DNA of 10,041 nt, taken from the NCBI GenBank assembly GCA_034723395.1, contig JAYEOW010000041.1, positions 1 to 10,041 on the forward strand. Direction: 5' to 3'. Below, one piece after another: positions 1-7,911 of the stretch. Positions within the stretch are counted from its first letter, which is position 1; each line of letters begins with the position of its first letter. A program made the position numbers and the translations under genes. Origin of the DNA: Candidatus Margulisiibacteriota bacterium (GTDB lineage Bacteria > Margulisbacteria > WOR-1 > O2-12-FULL-45-9). The notes beneath the pieces were generated by a model. That model was given only the letters and a program-made list of their open reading frames with translations, was not told the origin of the DNA and did no database searches.

Positions 1-1528
<1,528 letters not shown>

Positions 1529-1532
<4 letters not shown>

Positions 1533-2032
1533 TCTTCCGATATTTTAAAAGCGACCGGTATCTCAAATAAACTCGCGATCGCATTCCCGCCTTGGCTGGC
1601 CGGAGAAAAGCTCCATTGCGAAACCGCTGCTTTGGCCGACTCATCAAACTCGGCCAACCCTGCAGATTGTTTAACCTCTACTCTCTCCGGCTTTCCCGCC
1701 ATCCCGATGTACACCGACAAGATGGTTACCCCTTCAAGATCCTGTTCCAGCGCAGATATCGGATATTTCGGTAAAACCGAATAAGAAACCGTAGGCGGAA
1801 CAATTGGCAAAGGGGTCACGATCTTTGATTGAGGCATAGGCGCAGGAATGACCTTTGCCTGCGCTTTGGTGTTAACCATCGGCTTTGCGACCGTTTTTGT
1901 TACCACTAATTCCTCCCCCATAAAAACCGGCGCATCTTTTATCACCGGCTTGGATATCATCGTCGATCCAACAAACAGACCAACCGTCAGGATCATCCCT
2001 ATACTTATATAAGTTAAAGTTTTACTATTCAT
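1529..2032 (-). CDS. tonB: TonB-family protein (N-terminal hydrophobic anchor, Pro-rich linker, TonB C-terminal domain)
   Basis: Hydrophobic residues ~6-26, Pro-rich linker (PAPMPQ...PLPIVPP), then PKYPxxA...EGVTILSVYIGxxGxPxxVEVxQSAG...FDESAKAAVSQWSFSPA...IPVAF, which matches the TonB_C pattern. SD AGGAG upstream. Immediately downstream of a TonB-dependent receptor. Confidence 0.85.
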
Positions 2033-2046
2033 TGTTTTCTCCTATT

Positions 2047-2082
2047 TTATTTCTTAATTGATTAATTGTTAATTCTTAATTG
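2047..2082. repeat. Heptamer tandem repeat (5 units, (C/G)AATTAA on the minus strand) spanning the receptor stop codon
   Basis: Minus strand: CAATTAA GAATTAA CAATTAA T CAATTAA GAAATAA. Confidence 0.6.
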
Positions 2083-3864
2083 AACAGATATATTATACCT
2101 TCTCCCCGGCATCGGGTAAACATCTGAAAACCCGTAGGATTCGGCATAACTCTCGCCAAATAGGTTTTCAACTTCACCTTTAATTGTATAGATGCCAAAA
2201 TCTTTCGATAAGGATAGATCGACAACAGTATAACTCGGCAGTTGAGTGCTATTTACAAGATTGGTATAGCGCTCCCCTACATATCTTACAACTATATTAG
2301 AATCAAACTTATCCGGATCCCTATATTTCAACCCGGCATTCAACTGGTTCTGCGGAGCATAGTCGAGAAAATTACCTGAACCGGCATCCTTTGCCAGCTG
2401 GTAGCCAAAATTAATGAACGTTTTTAAATACTTCGCGATTTCTTTCTCATACTCAAACTCGATCCCTTGGATATCGGCGTCGCTGATATTGGTCGGCGTC
2501 CAGAAGGCATCGATCGTCGAAGTAGAGGTATTCGTCCAGCGGATCATATCTTTTATCTGATTCACATAATAACTTAACCGGGCCGAACTTTTATGGCTAA
2601 GCTTCCGCTCCAAGGTAATATCAAAGCTCTGGGAAGTTTCCGGCTTTAGGTTCGGATTCCCCTCGGTGGTAACTACTCCCGACGGCCAACCCGGCTCAGT
2701 CAACCTCGACCAATAGAGATCATCGATCGTTGGCGCTTTAAAAGATTTTCCCCAGGAAGTTTTTAGTAAAGTATCATGGCGCAAGTTAAAGACAAATCCT
2801 ACTCGCGGATTAAAATGGCTGCCATAAGAAGAAGTTATATCCTCACGCGCCCCAATTACCATCGGTCCAAGCTCCGCTTGGGCATAAACCGCTTTATTGG
2901 TCAAGTCATGGTTGCCGGAATTCGTGCTCCGGCTGTTATCATTTCTGATCTCCAATCCAGCGACATAATCTCCGATGGATTCCTGAATATTCAGATTTGT
3001 ACTGGTCGTTTTGTGGGTTGAAAGAATGGCAAAAGTCGGATTTTCGTATTTTTGGTCCAAGGTCGCCTGCGAAAGGGTCGCTTTTAATCCTGCCTTATCC
3101 GCCTTGTATACTAGATCGTAGAACATATTCTTATCGCTCTGTCTCGCTTGCGGAGTAAGGAAATCGAGCGATCCAGGAGAACCCTTATCAGTATTGCATT
3201 TCTTGATCCCCGCCTCAAAATACCCATTCATCAAGCGGAGATTGAGATCTTGTGCCCTGTAAGCGCTGTTAGCGCGGAATCCGTCGGAGTCAATCGCCGC
3301 CGCCGAGAAAAAGTAGTTCGGCCCGGAGCCTGCGACAGACAAATTCCGCGTCGCATACTCTCCATAACCGGCAGAAACGACAACCTCCGGCTTTTCGGTC
3401 GCTTTTCTGGTGATAATATTGATAACCCCGCCAACAGCATCCGCCCCGTAAAGCGAGGAAAGCGGCGCTTTTACGATTTCGATCCGCTCCACATCGGTTA
3501 ACAAAATATCTCCAAGGTCAAAAGTCCCTAGCGAAGGTGAATTTATCCGGTTCCCGTTCAACAGCACCAATACTTGCTGTGAATTTGATCCACGGAGCCG
3601 TGCTGAGATCTGAGAACTTAAACCACCGTTTGCCTTAACCGAAACTCCCGGAACCGTTCGAATAATATCGCCTATTTTAGCGGCGGTTGAATCTTCAATA
3701 TCTTCTCGAGTAATAACTGTAGTATCCCAGGGAATAGAAGATTTTAGGCGGGGAACACGCAGCGCGGTAACGACGATCTCCTCACCATAGAAACGCGGAA
3801 TGTCAGCAAAAGAACCAGCGGAAAAAACGATCAAACCAACCAATAAAATTATTAACTTTTTCAT
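2062..3864 (-). CDS. TonB-dependent outer-membrane receptor, BtuB/CirA-like (600 aa; substrate unknown)
   Basis: Start moved from 3927 to ATG 3864: SD AAGGAG upstream and a signal peptide MKKLIILLVGLIVFSAGSFA|D. TonB box EEIVVTA. Plug motifs (VITREDI, PGVSV, RGS...VLVLLNG, ERIEIVKAPxSSLYGADAVGGVINIIT). Barrel motifs FKAPT, GNPNLKPE, VENLF, PGRRY. Confidence 0.93.
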   Translation of the reverse strand: MKKLIILLVGLIVFSAGSFADIPRFYGEEIVVTALRVPRLKSSIPWDTTVITREDIEDSTAAKIGDIIRTVPGVSVKANGGLSSQISARLRGSNSQQVLVLLNGNRINSPSLGTFDLGDILLTDVERIEIVKAPLSSLYGADAVGGVINIITRKATEKPEVVVSAGYGEYATRNLSVAGSGPNYFFSAAAIDSDGFRANSAYRAQDLNLRLMNGYFEAGIKKCNTDKGSPGSLDFLTPQARQSDKNMFYDLVYKADKAGLKATLSQATLDQKYENPTFAILSTHKTTSTNLNIQESIGDYVAGLEIRNDNSRSTNSGNHDLTNKAVYAQAELGPMVIGAREDITSSYGSHFNPRVGFVFNLRHDTLLKTSWGKSFKAPTIDDLYWSRLTEPGWPSGVVTTEGNPNLKPETSQSFDITLERKLSHKSSARLSYYVNQIKDMIRWTNTSTSTIDAFWTPTNISDADIQGIEFEYEKEIAKYLKTFINFGYQLAKDAGSGNFLDYAPQNQLNAGLKYRDPDKFDSNIVVRYVGERYTNLVNSTQLPSYTVVDLSLSKDFGIYTIKGEVENLFGESYAESYGFSDVYPMPGRRYNISVQLRINN

Positions 3865-3986
3865 CTCTATACTCCTTTTTATTATGGAATATAGAGTCTC
3901 GGGAAACTCTACTTTTTTCCAGACCAAGGCAGGGTTAGAACCTGCTAATTAACTATTCCTCTCCCGTTGAGTAACTTGACCGGAAA
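3865..3986 (-). promoter_or_regulatory. Candidate cis-regulatory RNA: tRNA-like domain plus alternative SD-sequestering hairpins
   Basis: Hand-folded. CUCUAUAUUCC (3896-3886) pairs 11 bp with GGAGUAUAGAG (3875-3865, covering the SD). A competing 9-bp stem forms between 3912-3904 and 3899-3891. A tRNA-like acceptor/D/T arrangement lies at 3981-3921. Confidence 0.5.
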
Positions 3987-4641
3987 CCACGAGGACAATC
4001 TCGCCTCGCACCTTTTTATCACTTATTTTTTCCAGCACATCACCTGCCTTCCCCCTGATTATCTCCTCAAACTTCTTGGTCATCTCCCGGCAGACAGCAA
4101 CTTCGCGATCTCCTAAAATCTCTTTAACCTCTACCAAAGTTTTGACTAAACGAAAAGGAGATTCGTAGATTATAATCGTCCGCGGATCGTCTTGCAAGCT
4201 TCTTAAAACTTTTCGCTTCTTGCCCGGTTTCTTAGGAAGGAATCCTTCAAAGACAAAACGCTCAGTCGGTAGACCGGAAACAGCCAGCGCAGAGATTGCA
4301 GCCGAAGCTCCGGGGATCGGCTCAACCTTAATCCCCGCCCCTACTGCGTTGCGAACCAATTCATATCCTGGGTCAGAGATTGCCGGCATTCCGGAATCCG
4401 AAACTAATGCAATATTTTGTCCTTGCTTAATTAATTCGATGAGCTTGGGCGTCTTAGCCTTAATGTTGAACTTGTGATAAGAGGTTAATTCTGTGTTAAT
4501 TTGATATTTATTTAGCAGGATCTTGGTTGTTCGGGTATCTTCCGCGGCAATCAGATCAACTTCCGAAAGTATGCGGACTGCGCGGAAAGTAATATCTTCC
4601 AGATTGCCGATCGGGGTCGCGACTATGAATAGCGTACCCAT
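3949..4641 (-). CDS. rsmI: 16S rRNA (cytidine1402-2'-O)-methyltransferase
   Basis: MGTLFIVATPIGNLEDITFRA, AAEDTR, LVSDSGMPAISDPG, PIPGASA, FEGFLP, IYESPFRL, REMTKKFEE, RGEIVLVV. TAATG overlap with the bactofilin stop. Confidence 0.96.
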   Translation of the reverse strand: MGTLFIVATPIGNLEDITFRAVRILSEVDLIAAEDTRTTKILLNKYQINTELTSYHKFNIKAKTPKLIELIKQGQNIALVSDSGMPAISDPGYELVRNAVGAGIKVEPIPGASAAISALAVSGLPTERFVFEGFLPKKPGKKRKVLRSLQDDPRTIIIYESPFRLVKTLVEVKEILGDREVAVCREMTKKFEEIIRGKAGDVLEKISDKKVRGEIVLVVSGQVTQRERNS

Positions 4642-5051
4642 TAAGCAATGGGAAGTTTATCTTCGATAATGATCTCTTCTTCTATTTCTGATTTCCCTGT
4701 TTCAACACGGACCCTTCCACGGTAAGAAGATCCCTCTTCAATGCTGATCCTGCCGCCGGTTAGGTCGCCATTGACCCTTCCGCTCTTGGTTATTTCCAAG
4801 CTCTGTAAAGCGGTAATATTGCCGTTTACCTTACCCGAAACAACTACGTGTGAGCCCTCAACATCACCCAGGATCTTGCTGCCGCGCCCGATAATAACTT
4901 CACCTTCCGACGATAACTTACCTTCAAATCCACCATTAACGCTTACTGCTCCGGGAGTAACTAATTCCCCTTTAAATTTCGCTCTTTCACCAATCACCGA
5001 ATCAACTGCTCCGTGAATTACCGATTTTTTTTCTCCGCCAAACATACCCAT
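4641..5051 (-). CDS. Bactofilin (polymer-forming cytoskeletal protein, CcmA family)
   Basis: Beta-helix repeat pattern SVIG...FKGEL...VNGGFEGKL...VIIG...GDV...VVVSGKVNGNITA...LEITKSGRVNGDL...ISIEEG...GRV. Strong SD GGAGGAGG. Downstream of an M23 peptidase. Confidence 0.92.
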   Translation of the reverse strand: MGMFGGEKKSVIHGAVDSVIGERAKFKGELVTPGAVSVNGGFEGKLSSEGEVIIGRGSKILGDVEGSHVVVSGKVNGNITALQSLEITKSGRVNGDLTGGRISIEEGSSYRGRVRVETGKSEIEEEIIIEDKLPIA

Positions 5052-5052
5052 T

Positions 5053-5967
5053 TTACCTCCTCCAGATTTTACTAGCTGTTAATATATTCAAATTCAGGTA
5101 AGAAACCGGATTAATCGCTTTATTCGCTTTACGGACCTCATAGTGCAGATGGGGCCCGGTCGTATATCCGGTATTCCCCACATAACAAATAATCTGGCCC
5201 TTTTTAACCTTTTGGCCTGCCTTTACCGCATATCTTGAACTATGGGCATAAAGGGTAGAAATCCCGTGATCATGCCTAACCATCACTGTTTTCCCGTAAC
5301 CTTTTCTCCAGCCGGCAAAACTAACTAGCCCGTCCGCAGTAGACCGGATCGGCGCCCCATAACCTCCAGAGATATCGATCCCGGAGTGAAATCCTCTCCA
5401 GGGATAAATGCGGTATCCAAAACGCGAAACAATCCTTCCATTAAGCGGCCAGCGTGAAGGGGTGGAGGCATATCGCTGCCTTACCCTGCTCACCCAACCC
5501 TTTAGCTCGTCGAGACTTTTCTGCCTTTCCGTGATCCGCATACCCGCCACTTTAAACTCATAAGATACCTTTTCGGCCGAAGTTTTTGGATTGTTTTCTT
5601 TTATCGCGGTAGATAATTTGAGCTTCCCTTTCCAATTTTTCATCCCCAGCAAACTTCTTAGATGATTGTCTTCCCTGACCAACTCTTCGATTGCCTCATT
5701 TACTTTCCTTGTCTTTACGCCAAATCCGTCAATTACCCTCTGTTGTTCCTGGTTTTGGGCGATCGTATTCGCGTAATGGACTAACCGTCTCGAAACCAGC
5801 GTAGAATAAACGATCGAAGATCCAACCACCGTAGTGGAAAAAAGGATCATCGCAATCATGGTATAAATAGCAAATACAGGGATTTTGATACCAATAGTAC
5901 GCGCCCCCGGATCATGGGGGATCATCATGAAGGTATAATGCTTACGCTTCTTAGATTTCCTCTGCAT
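5053..5967 (-). CDS. M23-family metallo-endopeptidase (TM helix, coiled coil, LytM domain)
   Basis: N-terminal basic tail, TM ~31-57, coiled-coil-like region, then PSRWPLNG.I.SRFGYR, HSGID (HxxxD), GYGK.V...H, YAH, VGNTGYTTGPHLHYEV (HxH). Confidence 0.93.
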   Translation of the reverse strand: MQRKSKKRKHYTFMMIPHDPGARTIGIKIPVFAIYTMIAMILFSTTVVGSSIVYSTLVSRRLVHYANTIAQNQEQQRVIDGFGVKTRKVNEAIEELVREDNHLRSLLGMKNWKGKLKLSTAIKENNPKTSAEKVSYEFKVAGMRITERQKSLDELKGWVSRVRQRYASTPSRWPLNGRIVSRFGYRIYPWRGFHSGIDISGGYGAPIRSTADGLVSFAGWRKGYGKTVMVRHDHGISTLYAHSSRYAVKAGQKVKKGQIICYVGNTGYTTGPHLHYEVRKANKAINPVSYLNLNILTASKIWRR

Positions 5968-5976
5968 TATTACTTA

Positions 5977-6006
5977 AGTATATCAGTAAAATTATTATCT
6001 AGTCAA
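5977..6006 (-). promoter_or_regulatory. Sigma70-type promoter for the M23-bactofilin-rsmI genes
   Basis: TTGACT (6006-6001), 18-nt spacer, TATACT (5982-5977) with extended TGn; 9 nt to ATG 5967; no SD. Confidence 0.65.
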
Positions 6007-6603
6007 CTAGTACAAGCCCTTCGGTATTCCAGGGATCTTGGGCATTTTGAATTTTTTATACCCCGCTGGAAGTTCAAAAACCGAAGCCGGCTGCTTCCCT
6101 CTTTTGATATTCTTATACTCTACCATCCAGGACCCATCCGCCGTTTTTGTTCTAACCGGGATCATATCTTTTGACAGCCATTGATAAACCGTCTCTGATT
6201 TACCGCCGCTTTTATAGGTGATCTTATACTTATCACACATGACCCCATTTACTTTTCCTGACCCAACTTTTTTCCGGTTCATCTCCCCTGGCATTTTTGT
6301 TGTTAACCCCCTGGACTTATCCTCGGTATACTTCATCTCCATATACGTTTTCTGCCCCGGCATCAAACTCCAAACTGTCTTTTTGTCCGCGCGGATAATC
6401 GAGGTTGCTTTTTTACCGTAAACCGTCATATCCGTCCGCCATTTATTATTGGCCACATAAATTTTCCCTCGCTGGGTCATTCCTCCAAACTTCATTACCA
6501 TATCTGCCGAAAATTCTTTCGTGGCACTGGGGCCCGCGCAACCGAGGATCGAAACCATCACAAAAACCGAAACCAATGAAAAACCGATCATCTTCCTAAA
6601 CAT
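6007..6603 (-). CDS. Predicted lipoprotein, DUF4412 / LolA-like fold
   Basis: Basic N-terminus, hydrophobic core and lipobox ILG|C22. Motifs GKIYV...WRTDM, IIRADK...WSLMP..KTYMEM, GSGKVNGVMCDKY, SVFELPAGYKK resemble DUF4412 proteins. SD AAGGAGGT. Confidence 0.7.
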   Translation of the reverse strand: MFRKMIGFSLVSVFVMVSILGCAGPSATKEFSADMVMKFGGMTQRGKIYVANNKWRTDMTVYGKKATSIIRADKKTVWSLMPGQKTYMEMKYTEDKSRGLTTKMPGEMNRKKVGSGKVNGVMCDKYKITYKSGGKSETVYQWLSKDMIPVRTKTADGSWMVEYKNIKRGKQPASVFELPAGYKKFKMPKIPGIPKGLY

Positions 6604-6643
6604 ATTTTTACCTCCTTAATAAATGGTCGGGGTCCCGAAAAAA

Positions 6644-6717
6644 TCGGAGCGACTGGATTCGAACCAGCGACCTCACGCTCCCGAAGCGTGCGCTCTACCA
6701 AGCTAAGCTACGCTCCG
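6644..6717 (-). tRNA. tRNA-Pro(CGG), CCA not encoded
   Basis: CGGAGCG-TA-GCTT AGCTTGGTA GAGC-G-CACGC TTCGGGA GCGTG-AGGTC-GCTGG TTCGAAT CCAGT-CGCTCCG-A. Full cloverleaf, C1-G72, A73. Confidence 0.96.
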
Positions 6718-6751
6718 ATTTTCCTCGGGACTACCCCCCGTTAATCAAAAA

Positions 6752-6827
6752 TCGGGACGGCGGGATTTGAACCCACGATCTCTACCACCCCAAGGTAGCG
6801 CCTTAGACCAAGCTGGGCCACGTCCCG
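6752..6827 (-). tRNA. tRNA-Pro(GGG), CCA not encoded
   Basis: CGGGACG-TG-GCCC AGCTTGGTCTA AGGC-G-CTACC TTGGGGT GGTAG-AGATC-GTGGG TTCAAAT CCCGC-CGTCCCG-A. Separated from the plsY stop by 1 nt. Confidence 0.96.
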
Positions 6828-6828
6828 A

Positions 6829-7428
6829 TTATAGATACTTTTTCATCGCCTGGGAAGTCTTTAACTCCCTCCCAGAAACCAACCGCATTATATCATCCCG
6901 ATGCGTATACAACACAAGGGCAAAGGCAAGAACTCCGAAAATTATAAACTCATGCCTTTTACCGACAACAAACATCATGATCGGGATCGATCCTGATATA
7001 ATTAACGTAGAGAGAATAAAGTACCGGGTAACAACAATTAGCAAGATCCATAACGAAAGAGCGATAATGGCAAAAAATGGATCAATCGCCAATAAAACTC
7101 CCCCCATAGTCGCAATTCCCTTTCCGCCGCGAAATCTTAAAAAGATCGAAAAAACGTGTCCGGCAATCGCCGCTAATCCAGCCAGCGTCATCGCCCACGG
7201 AGTACCGAGGTACTGCCCCGCCAGATAGGCACACAGATATCCCTTGCCAACATCCCCAATTAGGGCCAGGGCGCCAAAGATCGGTCCCGCAACAACCAAT
7301 GCATTGGTCGCTCCCACATTCTTTGTCCCCGCCTCACGCACATCTTTGCCTTTTAATTTTGGAAAGATATGGCTAAAGGGTATCGAGCCTATAAGATATG
7401 ATAGAAGAATAAAAAGAAATAGGTCCAT
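6829..7428 (-). CDS. plsY: Glycerol-3-phosphate acyltransferase (acyl-phosphate dependent)
   Basis: SYLIGSIPF, DVREAGTKNVGATN, D.GKG, GHVFSIFLRFRGGKGIAT, HRDDIMRL..G.E; multiple TM helices. Confidence 0.94.
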   Translation of the reverse strand: MDLFLFILLSYLIGSIPFSHIFPKLKGKDVREAGTKNVGATNALVVAGPIFGALALIGDVGKGYLCAYLAGQYLGTPWAMTLAGLAAIAGHVFSIFLRFRGGKGIATMGGVLLAIDPFFAIIALSLWILLIVVTRYFILSTLIISGSIPIMMFVVGKRHEFIIFGVLAFALVLYTHRDDIMRLVSGRELKTSQAMKKYL

Positions 7429-7431
7429 ATT

Positions 7432-7911
7432 CTACTTCAGGTTAAACACTTTATGTAAGATTTGGACCGCTCGCTTCCCCTGTTCCCGCTTAATTACACA
7501 CGAAACCTTGATCTCCGAAGTCGAGATCATCTGAATATTTATTTTATTTTTCGAAAGGGCATCGAACATTTTAGCAGCAGTCCCAGGTTGGCTGATCATC
7601 CCCTTGCCGACCAGCGACACTTTACAAACATCCGGGTCCGAAACTACCCCTTCGGCCTTTAACTCCTTAGCTGCCTTTTCAATGACCTGAATAGTCCTTT
7701 TTGCGTCCGGCCTGTCTACGGTAAAGGCCATATCCGCCAATTCCCCTTTAGAGTGGATACTTTGAACGATCATATCCACGTTAATCTTTTCATCCGCCAG
7801 AGCGCCAAACAGCTTTGCCGCGGTCCCCGGCTTATCTTGAATTTTTAGTACTCCGATCTTTGCTATGTTCTCGTCAAGGGCAATCCCCCTGACCGCTTCT
7901 TTTTTCTCCAT
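7432..7911 (-). CDS. Aspartate kinase beta subunit (in-frame internal start at Met255, 159 aa)
   Basis: AAGGAGGT (7926-7919), 7 nt, then in-frame ATG 7911 at the kinase/ACT boundary. Same arrangement as B. subtilis AKII and C. glutamicum lysC. Confidence 0.8.
   Translation of the reverse strand: MEKKEAVRGIALDENIAKIGVLKIQDKPGTAAKLFGALADEKINVDMIVQSIHSKGELADMAFTVDRPDAKRTIQVIEKAAKELKAEGVVSDPDVCKVSLVGKGMISQPGTAAKMFDALSKNKINIQMISTSEIKVSCVIKREQGKRAVQILHKVFNLK

Noticed and set aside
3865..3927. 21-aa N-terminal extension of the receptor (TTG start at 3927)
   Set aside because: ATG 3864 has an SD and begins a clean signal peptide; the extension runs through the structured leader.
3921..3981. Functional tRNA gene
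   Set aside because: No anticodon arm, a pyrimidine at T-loop position 57, and no CCA.
3865..3990. Canonical cobalamin riboswitch or canonical preQ1-I riboswitch upstream of the receptor
   Set aside because: No B12-box or GGGAA..CCCGCAACUG-type core is visible. The preQ1-like hairpin has only a 7-nt loop and its A-run is not directly adjacent, so the resemblance is partial. Kept only as an unclassified candidate.
6007..6640. Integrative element or att site at the tRNA-Pro 3' end
   Set aside because: No integrase, no distant direct repeat of the tRNA 3' end noticed in the window, and the flanking genes are housekeeping.
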